From NCBI GenBank assembly GCA_002633005.1, contig NMRA01000044.1, positions 12,182 through 76,181 on the forward strand: a stretch of DNA of 64,000 nucleotides, written 5' to 3'. Both the position numbers and the translations under genes were made by a program. Below, piece by piece: positions 27,029-39,031 of the stretch (its first letter is position 1; every line of letters starts with the position of its first letter). Source of the stretch: Phoronis australis. Lineage: Eukaryota; Animalia; Phoronida. The notes under the pieces are model-generated. The model worked only from the letters and a program-made list of their open reading frames with translations. It ran no database searches and was not told the DNA's origin.

Positions 27029-28652
27029 TTGGAATCGTCTAAAGCTCCCCCAGTAAATCTCACTGGTCGAGTGCGATATACGTGGTATCAGGCAAGATAA
27101 TTCCTCTATTGAAGACACATCTGAAAAAATAACGTTTGTCTAATATTCACATGTGCATACAACATTAACAACCATTCCCAGAGCAAATAAAAAGATCACT
27201 CAAGGCCACCCTTCAGGTTCGCAATACTGTGTCTCTGATGCAAAAATGACCAGCATTGTTTTAACAAGTATTTAACAGTACTTAGTTGTTTACAATTAGG
27301 ACCTTTTAAAGGCCTAATTGTAAATTGTAAATCGTGGAATATTTAAAATTTTCGCGACAGCAAAGGCTACATTTTGCAAATGAAAAATAATATTTTTCTA
27401 ATATCAAAAACAGGTATATTGCATACCAAGAAAAACGTTTAACGATATTGAGGAGTGTTAAACAGATGAAATCACAAAATTTATGGTTATCATTACTGTA
27501 TACTGTTGAAGAACAATTTTTTGATATTTTTACAATCTAATGACCCTAAACTGTGTTAAATCGCCTGCTTCCAATTCGAAAACTGGCAAAGCATCGTACA
27601 GACAATGTAATGCAATTTACCGGCACATGTGAAATGATACGATGGTCATCTCACGTGAATATCCAAAATGTTGAAAATAAATCATAACTAGGAGTATTGT
27701 TGAAACCGTATTTCAGGCGCCGCCTCGTTTAGTTTTGTGAATTCGCCACAGGTGGCAAAAGCTTGGTTTGTTTGCTCACCTACAACAAGTTTATTTCTGT
27801 CTTTGTTAAAGAGAGTTGTGGCCCGCTCAAATAAAACTGACTTAGCTAATACAAATCTTAAATATCAATTAATAAACTTAAATCTGTTTCAAGTCGGTTT
27901 CAAGAAAGAGATCTTAAGTTTGAATTAAGTTTTTGACTTGAGTTTTCTCTAAATTTTGACTAAATCACCTGATGCGGAAGTTTCGAGTTTGGAAGTCGAG
28001 AAAATCTTAGCCTTAAGTAAAAAATGAACTGATGACAGTTTCTTGGTATGGACCCCTGGAACGCGTGAACTCGTGAAAATTAAAACAGATCGTGGCGGAC
28101 CTGCTTTTTGGGATCCTAACGTAAGAGTTAGTCACTTATTTAATGTTGCAAAAATTTCTAGAAGAAATCGTCAGCTTCCCTATTTTCAAACACAGACGGA
28201 AAAAAAATTCATCCCTATGCAGTTTCCAAATTCTTCGCCCAAATGATCTATATGCGCTCATGTGCTCAAAGAATTACCGAATAATCTTAAGCGCAAAATA
28301 GCCATTGTTTTATTTAGATCAAAAGTAGAATGTCGTATTTTTCTTAGGTCTGTGTCTTGACATATCAATTACGGAGACGTGCTTTGTTTCGTGATAGAAA
28401 TATCGACAAAGTGGCGAGCAGTTGACATGTCGTTTTTGTGAAATTTAAAACTAAAGGAAAAATTCTTTGACATCACAATATACGAAAAAAATGTTACAAA
28501 TACCTGGCGAGAATCACTTTGAATAATATAATTTAGTCGCTTTTACGCGTTCTAAGACACTTAAAGACCAAACACCAAAACGACTTTTTGTTCATGAATC
28601 GGCCTTTTCTGAATTTTCGTCTTCGGTCATGAGCTCGAATTTCGACCTTAAG

Positions 28653-28804
28653 CAGTGGCGGATTTAAAGGAATCCAAAAGTCCCATGCCCCCTCTAAAAT
28701 TTCCCCAGATTCCATTTGGCAGTTCGGGGGTGCGAATGTCTGACGGGACAAATCCTGGCAAATGCTCTGCCCTGGCCCAACTCAAAATCCTGGATAAGCT
28801 CCTG
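28653..28804. mobile_element. hAT-like MITE with 5-bp TSD (TTAAG)
   Basis: Ends cagtggcggattt...tggataagctcctg. TTAAG occurs at 28648-28652 and 28805-28809. Confidence 0.65.
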
Positions 28805-29599
28805 TTAAGTAAACCACTTTTCATTAAACGGGCCCCGGGAGCTGATGGTTGGGAGAAAGCCGAGTTAAACGTCAGAGTACTTTTTTCTTATGACCGAAAA
28901 CGAATGCGAACTTAACAGAAAAGTCACTGAGATGGCTACGTTAGTAAGATGGCTAAGCCGTTCTGTAATATGAGAATTTTGCCGCCCCAGTGGTTAGCAC
29001 CAGTAATTTTTATATGATACTTTTGTCCCGTATTGTACAAGTACCGTTGCCAGCATGTGGTTTCAAAACACAAGCTTAACCGATATCATCGCCTTAAACT
29101 ACATTCAGTGTATAATTTAGCGAAAATACGTTAACCAGTTTTTCGATCACTGAAACAGTTTGAAGATTTTTTCGATACAGTAAGACATGTTTGTAATACG
29201 TAAAAGAGACATATGCAGAATTGCTATAGCTGTGCATATCCAGGTTACAATCATTATAAGTAAATATTTCCTAGCTACTGAGCTTGGCAACGAGTTCAGT
29301 AATTATACAGTCATGCAAGAAAGCACGACAAATGCAACAGTAACACCGAAAGGGCCAGAGGTTGTAATAAACATAAAAAATATTTCAAAATATAAACCCA
29401 ATGTATTATTGAATAGTGTTAAATAGTAAATCCCGTGCGAAATAGAAAGTATAGTTTGAATGGCTACAAAGCCATCTGGCCTCAAAAACACAGTTTTTAA
29501 TTTAGACCACCTACCGTTGTGCAATTGGTCTCGAATTTATAATTAGTCAAACCAGGTGTGATCTCTTGGCTTGGATAGAACTGACACTTTGTTATTGAG

Positions 29600-29924
29600 A
29601 CCATGCAAGCTCTACAAGTGCCATGCTATTCGCTGAGTGTGGTCTCGAGTAAAACCCAAATATCAGCCCTTTGCAAGATAAAAAATCACCTTCTAGCCTG
29701 CGTGAAAAACAAATTGAGACAATTTTTATAGCGGTAAGTGATCTAAACCAAAACTTAGATAAAAATAAATACATTTAATACAACGTACGAGTTTGTACCA
29801 GTGTTTATTATATCGAGATTCGTTCAAATATTTTTGCAAATCACGAATCTTGTTATAATCACCACTGGTACAAACACGTAAGTTGTTTAACACACACACA
29901 CACAGACACACCCACACCCACACC

Positions 29925-29972
<48 letters not shown>

Positions 29973-30415
29973 AACATATATGGGNGTGCACTGAGGTTGT
30001 CTTCGGACAGTGTTCCAGATTCACATATAGCAATGACCATGTAATTGTTGTCTGTAATAACTTGCTTGAGAAGATCAAATCTTGAAAGATTGTTCGCCTT
30101 GATACTGTTGATATTAGTGAATAAGACCTTGAAGCTGGCTAAACCCTGAGTGCCTGGTCCTGGATTGACCTCTATGTCACCAGCAGTCAAAAGACTTTGC
30201 TCAATGATAACTCGGATATCACAACATGAGTTCTTCATTGTGCAGTAAACATTACGTAAGTGCTCAGTTCGGGGTCGTTTTCGTAGTAGAAGAGTGAGGT
30301 CGAGCGTAATAGACGAAAAGCAGTGGGGTATTTTTGTTTTCCAGACACCCGAAGAATTATAATTATTATGTCTGTAGTTAAATACTGATAATTTCATACA
30401 GTTCATAGTTAACAT
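29600..30415 (-). mobile_element. CR1/L2-group LINE fragment: 2A-like peptide + start of APE endonuclease; possible 3' end piece beyond the CA repeat
   Basis: QSLLTAGDIEVNPGP (DIEVNPGP at 30155-30178) is followed by FKVLFTNINSI...VIAICES (APE motifs I-II). The frame breaks at the n at 29985 and the CA microsatellite. Confidence 0.75.
29890..29972 (+). repeat. (CA)n / (CACC)n microsatellite
   Basis: Seen directly in the sequence. Confidence 0.95.
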
Positions 30416-31057
30416 GCTTATCTAACAAGAGAAAAAGAAATTTATACAAGTGTCTGAATATACTAAAAGTAATGAAGTAAGGACAAAAGCTATAAACACT
30501 AGGGTAGGCATGAAAATTCCCACAACCACTAATTTAATTATATTGAGTTAGGCTAAATTTCAAGTGTCAAATTCGGAACACGGCGCATTCGTAACGGAAC
30601 TATGGTTAAGTATACTGTAGGCTCTCCCGCGATATCCCAGGCGACCGGCAGTGGCGCTGCGCACTACGATTCAGTTTCCGTCGTCTGCTCCACTGTGCAA
30701 TGAAGAAAATTTACTTCATTTTTTAAAGAAAATGGAACCTGAGTGACGATGAAAAAACAAAAGCTGCTGGTAAGATGGGATTTTTAATCGAAGCCTTAGT
30801 GAATCACTCAGAAACTCGCAATACTCTCTTTGTCAAACCTTATGTTAAGACGATTTCCAAAGCAATCCCGTCATTATTGCCAAAACGAAAAACGGATTTG
30901 GTCTTTTGGGCATTTGAAGACTATTATAAATACGACAAATTTGTTAAGAATCAATGGCACAAAACGTGTAATAAGCATTACAAAAAGAAGTAGGTTTCGC
31001 GCGCAAATGCTGTGGACCATAAACAAGTAGGTCTCTTAGTATGAGATTAGTAGAGAA

Positions 31058-31120
31058 ATCGTTGTGGTGTAGTGGTAACGCACGCGCGCTCTATGCTCAA
31101 GGTCGTGGGTTCGAGTCTTT
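31058..31120 (+). mobile_element. tRNA-like (SINE head or tRNA pseudogene)
   Basis: A box TGGTGTAGTGG and B box GGTTCGAGTC at tRNA spacing. The acceptor stem is not intact. Confidence 0.55.
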
Positions 31121-31235
31121 TGTACTTGTGTTTTTCCTGTTTGACACGTTCTCCGTGTTTTTTTTTTTTGCCTTTTTTTCTTGGATAATACTTCAGGAAT
31201 TAAGGAAAATACTTGATTTTTAGATGTAAAAACAG

Positions 31236-31354
31236 AAAACCCCCCTCCCGACCTTCCCCCATTCGGTGCTATGCGCATCTACAATCGTGGTTCAGTTTGC
31301 GCAAATGTTTACAGCCGGACAAAATGTTGGGCCCCCCCCCCTTGTGATATCCTA
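31236..31354 (+). repeat. Near-identical fragment of the MITE at 42198-42987, lacking the terminal repeat
   Basis: aaacccccctcccgacc...cggtgctatgcgcatctacaatcgtggttcag...ccttgtgatatccta is shared with 42861-42975. Confidence 0.85.
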
Positions 31355-32088
31355 TACTAAAAAAATAATCGTTACTAAGATAAAAGATGTTCTGATTTTA
31401 CTCCTTGTTGTTTCATTGTTATTGGGAAGCCATGCGTGTAGGCTGTACCTAATTGACCCAGAAGAGCATTTAAAGTACATTATCACTTGCAAAATCAAAA
31501 TTCAAATGAGATGTACTTTTTGCTGCACCGAGTTTGCCCGTGGGCCAAAAATTGTCATGCCAATATCAAAATCAAAATTTATAGGCAAGAGCTCAGTTTG
31601 GCTTTGTTTGAGCACATAATTATGTTATTGTGTCACAGATTTTTTACAGAACGACTTGTAAGCATACATCGACACGTTGTAACTTCTAGTAGGCTCTAAA
31701 TTTATGTTAACGTGTACCAAGAGAGTATGCACTGGCCTTTTGGTAACCACAATGAAGCAATTTCTATAAACTTGGATTTGGGGTAAATTAGGAGTCAGAA
31801 AATAATAGTGTGATTGAAGGTAATAGTCACTATGACGGCTCGTCTTAGTTATGTAACCCTTTCATTATAAGCACTGCACCTGTAAACGGATGAGTGGGTT
31901 AAAGACGAGAATTTGTTTATTAATGGGTGGCCTGTAGGAGTAGACTCGGAGTGAAAAAGACTCGGGCTGCGCCAGAACAGAGTAAACAAACATGGCGAGA
32001 GTTGACTAAGGGAGTACACCATATTTTACATTGAATAATATGTGTTGCGTTCTACAAGTCATACTTGCCAATTGATGAGGAGTACAGA

Positions 32089-32877
32089 CTAAAGTTCACA
32101 GTTTTCGAGCACAAGTAAGTCTGTCTCGGAAGAGATTTGCTTGATCTTGTTGTCTTTCAGTTGAATCAAAATGTTTCCATCATGGGTCCAGGTTCTGTTT
32201 ATTGTGTGTGACTTCACGAGGCGCCGACATCGAGCAAATAGACTGGATCTTCTTTTGGTCAAATTTTCGTTAATGTACAGTGGTCTGTCTTGGGATCTGA
32301 GTTTACTTTTCTGGTGGAGAAACATCGCACGGGTGTTGTAAGCTATGAATTTGCATATGATTGGCCTTGACTGATTGGGTTTCTTGGGTCCTAGTCTATG
32401 GGATCTACATATGTGTTCGTAACTGATGTCGATATTAAGCTTCTTGCCGAGATCAATAACAGCTTTATCTGTGTCCCCTTTGCGTTCGTTATCTGGCTCG
32501 CTGATTCCATGGATTACTATGTTATTTCGACGAAAATATTGCTCGAGACTGTCCACACTATTTTGAAGGTCACTCACTTGCACTTTGAGGTCATGAATCT
32601 GGTCGTCCTTTTCCTTTAGTTTGGATTTATAGAAGCTCTTAATCTCGTTTAGGACAGGATCTATTAGTTGCTCTATCAAAGTTTTGATCACTTCTGGCGA
32701 TGTAAGTGCCTTTTGAAACCTCAGGATTTCAGGATCACTTTCACATGTACTGCGATCTGCCTCACGGACTGGGGTAATGCTTCTAAAATCCAGTGTAGTT
32801 TGCGTCATCTTCTTAGAAATCACATTTAGAGCAGTGCTTTCGGTGCTGGCGTTCCTTTTTCTGTTTTCGTCCTCCAT
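32089..32877 (-). CDS. Intact LINE ORF1-type RNA-binding protein (coiled coil + RRM + CTD; L1/CR1/L2 ORF1p family), 262 aa
   Basis: Coiled coil LKEKDDQIHDLKVQVSDLQNSVDSLEQYFRRNNIVIHGI, then RSHRLG, RPIICKF, LYINENLTKRR and WTHDGNILI. ATG-to-stop is uninterrupted. Confidence 0.88.
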   Translation of the reverse strand: MEDENRKRNASTESTALNVISKKMTQTTLDFRSITPVREADRSTCESDPEILRFQKALTSPEVIKTLIEQLIDPVLNEIKSFYKSKLKEKDDQIHDLKVQVSDLQNSVDSLEQYFRRNNIVIHGISEPDNERKGDTDKAVIDLGKKLNIDISYEHICRSHRLGPKKPNQSRPIICKFIAYNTRAMFLHQKSKLRSQDRPLYINENLTKRRSSLFARCRRLVKSHTINRTWTHDGNILIQLKDNKIKQISSETDLLVLENCEL

Positions 32878-33589
32878 GGTTTGAAATTATGCCTTGTTTC
32901 TCGTCAAAATTAGGTGGAAAATTTTCAGAAATTCAAATTCACATCTGACGGGAAAAAGTCACGTGACAGTCATTGAGGTACCTTGGCAGAGACGATGGAG
33001 GTATTGGATTACTATGCGGATATTTGTAGTTTAAAAGTTAATTATTCTTAACAGTGTTTTTTGGGCTCGAAAAATTTTCTAGAAAATTAAAATGCAGTTT
33101 TACTACGTTTTGACAGTTGAGATTAAATTTCAATGTTAATTTAGACAACATATTAAATGATATTAATTTTATTTTAAACTTTTGGAAATTAAAAATATGC
33201 CGAAGACATGGTCTAGAAGAAAATTCACTATATTTATAAAAGTAACGGTTATAACAACACTAACTTCATTACCTAGTACGTCTCTAGCTTTTTTTCAAAC
33301 ATATTTAGAATAGCAAAACCAGATAAGATAAAAAAGCTGTATTGAATTGCAAGAAAAGTGGATGAGACTTTTTACTTCCGAATCCTCAGAGTTTGCTATT
33401 CTAAATCCTAATGCATGGAGACTTTTTTGATGAACAAATTGAAGATAAATAAAAAAATTCTAACACGAATATTTACACAATTAGGCATCTTGAAATAACA
33501 AACATTATACCACAATATTAGCCTCGAATGGCAAATACAACCGTGTAATAACCCATTTACTTATCTCACCAGTGAGATAAAATTTTGGC

Positions 33590-33665
33590 GGGAACCGAGG
33601 CCGGTTTCAAACCCAGGCCGCAGAAGTTTCGAGTCGACGACTTTACCACTACACCACTCAGCGTC
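33590..33665 (-). mobile_element. tRNA-like (SINE head or tRNA pseudogene)
   Basis: Minus strand gctgagTGGTGTAGTGGtaaag...ctgGGTTTGAAACCggcctcggt. A and B boxes and a partial acceptor stem are present; the anticodon stem is broken. Confidence 0.55.
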
Positions 33666-34207
33666 TGACTTCATCAAACGTGAAAATAGAATACTTAAAT
33701 CAGTACGCGCAATAATCGCATGTTCAGCAAAGGGCACTCTACCGACCTTTATACGCTACGAAAAATAAAACGCATAACTTCCATAAAAACGATATTTTGA
33801 TTCAGTGAATTTTTTCTCTCACGTTGTCTCACTTGTAAATCACCGATCTCCAATTTGAATGCGGGTATCGTGTCGTCGGGATCCTTTGACTTGAGCATTA
33901 TACTCAGTTGCCAGGGGTAACCTACCTTAGCAGACGATAGTTTCTCAGTAGAGGCTTAGTGTGATAAAATGTGTTTTAAGCTATAATAGTTGGTAAACCT
34001 TAATTTACAAACTCACTTTATTTCTATTGTTCAAATTTTCAATTGGTTTTGAATAAAAGTATTATTTGACAAAATTAACTCGGCTTTTCTTAAAAGTTCA
34101 CGATCTCCGACACCGGGCCTCTGACATAGAACGTAGTTACAAAGCCGAGGCGAGTCAAGAGCGGTAAATCGATTCATTACAATGTTTCTCGTTTAGTATG
34201 CGGTATA

Positions 34208-34373
34208 AATAGATTATTACATGTTATCAGCCGTTATCCACCTAATCTAGAGCCATCGTGGATTTTGTAGAATTATCACTCTCGGGGCTAACGCCCCTAG
34301 GGCGATAATTCTCCAAAATCCACTCGGGCTCTAGATAAGGGGGGATAACGACTTCTCCAAGTAATGATCTATA
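34208..34373. repeat. Long imperfect palindrome (foldback mini-element)
   Basis: cgttatccacctaatctagagcc..gtggattttgtagaattatc versus gataattctccaaaatccac..ggctctagataaggggggataacg. Confidence 0.75.
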
Positions 34374-35389
34374 ATGTATGACGATATAGGTTAGGCACAC
34401 GCGAATGCAGTATTATTTCTATAAATACTTTACACAATAGCTGTTTCCGATCATTGAGAATAATATATAAAATATTTGTAATAGATATATGTCCCGAATA
34501 ATGGATAAATGATATGTGCGTCGCAAGCTCGTTACGGCAAATGAAAAGGAGATCGACGTAGGCGACATAAGGTCATTTATTTTGATTAATACAATTACAA
34601 GTAAAGATAGTGAATACAGATAAGTAAAATAAAAAATTATAATCTCTGTTAAGATGGGCAATAAAAAAGCGTGGAAGTACGAGAGCATTACGAAAACGGA
34701 GTGGTAGAGGGTGGGAAAATTAATAACTTTTGGAACGTACGACAATTTGGCCGAACAAAAGGTGAACTGAAAACGAGGTAGCAATAACAAAGAAAACCAC
34801 TAAGGGCACGTGAAAATCATCAGCCTATGAGAGCCAAGAGCTGACCAAACTCAAGGCATAAGAGACCAATACGAAGGCTGGGAAAACGACGTGTAGTCCT
34901 ACACAAAGGAATAATGGAATAGACCGAAATGAGAGGGGAAAGGAGTAACACGGGTCCATATGCTCACAAAAATATTTTTAATGACTGAAATACCATTTAT
35001 GATTGACATATGTCCTTAATAATAAATAAATGATACGTGCGTCGCAAGCTAGTTGTCAGAGATGAAAATGAGACCGAGGTAGGCGATACTTATTCGTTTA
35101 ATATTCATTTTTGGATAAGAATTAAAATGAAATAACTTTATTGACCGCTTCTGTGCTAAACATTCGTTACAACAACACCCGACAACACTGTACACAATCA
35201 GTTGTCAATTGATAGAGGCATACATTTCCCATAATGCAACTGCGGCGGCAAATTCAAGATGGCTGATTTGCACATTAGCTATTGAAATTCTACATTCAAT
35301 ATCAGGAGTATTACAGTAAAGTTTAGTGACACATTATATGTTGTGAAGAAGCAAGTTTACCTCTTGCTCCCATTTCTATTCGATAAACG

Positions 35390-35564
35390 GTTTGATATGT
35401 AATATGTAAGTGAATATTTCAAAGGGTTTGACATGTAATTTGTGAGTGAATATTTCAAAGGGTTTGACATGCAATTTGTGAGTGAATATTTCAAACAGTT
35501 TGACATGTAATATGTGAGTGAATATTTTACAGGGTTTGACATGAAATATGTGAGTGAATATTTT
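35390..35564 (+). repeat. 36-bp minisatellite, ~5 units
   Basis: Consensus gtttgacatgtaatatgtgagtgaatatttcaaagg repeated head-to-tail without spacers. Confidence 0.92.
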
Positions 35565-36137
35565 CTAAATTTCACCCATCCCTTTATGTTTAGAAGAGAT
35601 ACGAAAACACATCCCGGAAACTCCGGTATGACTGCAATAGTTTACTCGTTTTTTCTCAGACGATAACAAGATTTTGTTTTGTTTTATGCTTTGTAAATTA
35701 TTCTCTTGTTAATATGTTCTCATTATAACCATATGATTTTCGTTTTGTTTTTTGTTCTCTTTACTTTTGGGGGTTTTGCTCAATGTTTTATTTAAGTAAG
35801 TCATTCTTTTAGAATTCAAAGTCTGGATTCAATGCTTCGCTTTCTGGGCTAAATACTTGTGATTTAATGTAATGTTATCTATTTGTGTAGCAAAATGCAG
35901 GATTAAAGCATGTAACTTCGATATCCGTAAAAATTGGTAAAAATATGAATGAATGTGAATATGAGCACAAAAATTAATAAGGACGACAATTTCAATTAAA
36001 CATTTAAGTATCATACGATGCGGAGCTTGCTAGAGTCTTATGTAATTAGTTTCTTGTTGTGCAGGATCTTATCGACAAGTCTGTATTTAGACAAATATCA
36101 TAAGTGTCAATTTTAACTCAATAAAAGTATATTTTTT

Positions 36138-36252
36138 NNNNNNNNNNNNNNNNNNNNNNNNNNNNNNNNNNNNNNNNNNNNNNNNNNNNNNNNNNNNNNN
36201 NNNNNNNNNNNNNNNNNNNNNNNNNNNNNNNNNNNNNNNNNNNNNNNNNNNN
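36138..36252. other. Assembly gap (N run); others at 42381-42859 and 52956-53240
   Basis: Runs of n. Confidence 0.99.
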
Positions 36253-36763
36253 CAAGTCTAAACTCTTTCAAATGAAAACAAGATGTTTTCCGGGTTTATT
36301 ACGCGGCTAGTATCAAAACTGAACCCGATGACCTATGCCCACTGAGGGAGTCAGTTGAGGTTAAGCTTGAGGATATATAAAAAATGTACGTGTAACCCTC
36401 TTGTATTCTTTCATTTCTTTTACATTATCAGGTTAATTTAAACACTCTGTAGAACTTTTAAATGGAAATAAATGCCTTTAAGATTAAACGAGTAAGAATT
36501 GATATTTGTAATGACTGGTTTTGAGAGAAGCAAGACTAGTGCATTTTAAAAAGACAAAATGGCAGACGATGTCGATGGGCCTTCATGTTCCTTTAGAGTT
36601 TATTCTGCAAAAAATCACAAAAGCTTTGTGCTTTAGAGAGTTATGTCAAAGACACCACTGAACATTTGATATACAGGAAAGTAGCTCACAAAGCAAGGCC
36701 TGTGCCAGAGTACGGACTCGTACTACCCCTACTCGGTGTATTTCTGACTGAACAAGACCAGTC

Positions 36764-38446
36764 ATGGAAGAGTCAGGTAATGCTGGATGTTACCACTGTG
36801 CTCCTTTCCTCCTGAACGTAGCAGCCTTGTCAACTTCTACCGGCATTTCTGTTTCGAGATATGACTTTAGTGAAAGTCAGAATGGAAAGGATCTCTGTGA
36901 TCGCAAGATCGCTCCAATCAAACAACATGCGAAGTACTTTGTAGCTGAAGGTAACAATATCATAAACTTTCTGGATTTCAAAGTAGCATTACTTTCCAGT
37001 GGCCTTGTGAGGGGATGTTATATTTATGCTTGTTCAGTCAATGCAATTAGGTATCTTCCAAAACACTCAGTTCCTGGTATAACAACATTCCCAAATTCCC
37101 ACTATTCCACCCAAGGAATTCGGTGTGGAAATCATTCCATGTAGGTGACGGTAAGTTCTTACAAATACTGAGAAAATGGGAAACCTGTTTCTCTAAAATA
37201 CAGTAACATCTCTAGACATGGCAGATTTTCCACACCAAGAGTTAAGGTTGGCATTGTATCTAGTGAAGAGCCTCAACAAAAGTTCCCTTGTACCCAGCAA
37301 GGTTACTCAATTTTTTTGCTACAGACAGGCAGAACTAGGTCAGCACTTGGATGTGGGTAACCACACTGAACATTTGCAGAGGGAAACCACGTATAACCAC
37401 ATCGCACGACAGTGGTCAGAAATGCTTTCAGATGCAAGAACCGGAGCATCATTTGAGGCAGCCCCAGAGTACTATTTGGATGAGACGAATGTTAAAGCAA
37501 TAGGTTTTTAAGCATTGAAAAATGGTAAAAGGTCAACAAGATATTCAGTAAAGGTTAAGAACTTTCTGACAAACATATTCGATGAAGAAGATAAATCAAG
37601 TAAAAACGTTCACCCTCGGAAGTGCCAAAATGGAGAAAACATTACGAGAACCCACTGGGGAAGTGTTTACCTGTGATGTTAAAAGAATCGCAGATTGGTG
37701 GATTTTTCGAGGTTGTCGATCTGCAACAATGTTTATGACGATGCTATTTCTGCTGAAGATGCTGTCATGTCGTCAGATTTACTGAATGAAGTGGTAAATG
37801 TGCTCAACGTTTAGCCTAGTTTTCGTAGCATAACAACCAGTCAAAGATATGTGTTATATGAAGTCGAGAGCCCCCTATTGGTAGCAGAGGCAACTGAGAA
37901 CATGCGAAAGGACGAAGTGCAGTTCGTGTAATGCTTCGTACGCAAAAACTACATTAGAGGCAAGATTTTTTATTTTAGATTATGAACAGGTTAGGAGTGA
38001 ATGAACAAATTTTTATAAAGTCAATTTCAGTAAAGGTGCGTTATGGCTGCTACAGAGTGCCAAATTTGGCCAAAAATAGCTTCAGTGAAAACCTGAAAAA
38101 TAGCCTTTTTTGACTCACAAATTCAAAACGTACAAATTTAAAAATGAATTTTGAAAGTTATGCCATTAAATTATTCAGCCATTGCCCTTTCAATTCGTAT
38201 TGTTCATTTGTTTTGACCTTACCACACATGCTAGTAAAATGCATTCAAACATGCCTACTTCGACGCCCAATTTTGTTGCGAAATGGAGGTACATGTACGG
38301 GTCATAAAAAGAAAAATAATGAATGAAAATTCTTAAAAAGTGAGGTTTTTATACATCTCAACAAACCAAACTCATGTGCTAAGTTTCAAAAAAATCTGTG
38401 ATTTTGGGTATAGACTCTACCTGTTGGTTTTTATGTGGAGTCACTC
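36764..38446 (+). mobile_element. Decayed Sola3-type DNA transposon (transposase C-terminal half + right end)
   Basis: SGNAGCYHC (SDNAGCYH-like) and YDFSESQNGKDLCDRKIAPIKQHAKYFVAEGNNI. Right terminus ...ggagtcaCTC followed by TTAA (38447-38450), matching the GAG..CTC ends and TTAA target of Sola3. Confidence 0.7.
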
Positions 38447-39031
38447 TTAATTTGTAAAGGATCTTTCGCGCGTAAGTTGTCACTCGGATAACCAGCCGCT
38501 TTTAAAACGGTCCAGAAAACGTTTGTAACTCATTGTTGGAGGCAGTGACTCAAACACTTAACTAGCTACATACCTAACTTTCAGGCAACCATTTTGTGCC
38601 AATTTTCATACAGTGTGACTTTGAGGGCTGTCGAGTCAGTCATTGTTATACCTCGCTTGTGACAAGTTCGGAAACATGTTATCGCAAAAAACGATCAATA
38701 GATCTTTGGAATATTAGTAGAGTGTCTGGCTCGTACCCCGATCTGTCCCTTCTTTCACTTCGAGAAAGAAACAGCTCAAATAAGCGTCGAACTCTTCTTT
38801 TGTAAGCTCAAGTATGTTATCAAGAGAAATCCCCCAAGTCAGTGTTGATGTGGCTGGTTTTTCCATGAATATATTGTCTTTTTAGCATCATCAACAGCGT
38901 ATGTGCGAAATAACGATATTTCATATTATAACAGACCACCTATAAGCAGCACTGACCGCACACTCTCACGGAAACGCAAAGTGCATATTGCAAAAACGGT
39001 TATATACATGTATTTTTGTTGGATTTAGTAA

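Noticed and set aside
29726-29985. Cys/Val-rich C-terminal half of the 229-aa ORF
   Set aside because: Read-through across an n and a (TG)n microsatellite; not genuine coding.
33590-33665. Functional tRNA genes (also 31058-31120 and 5730-5801)
   Set aside because: A and B boxes are present but the stems do not close into a proper cloverleaf. The 5.7-kb copy has a TSD and body typical of a SINE.
35390-35564. 36-bp repeats resembling a CRISPR repeat length
   Set aside because: Units are directly adjacent with no unique spacers, there are no cas genes, and the context is eukaryotic. It is a minisatellite, and the ORF through it is incidental.
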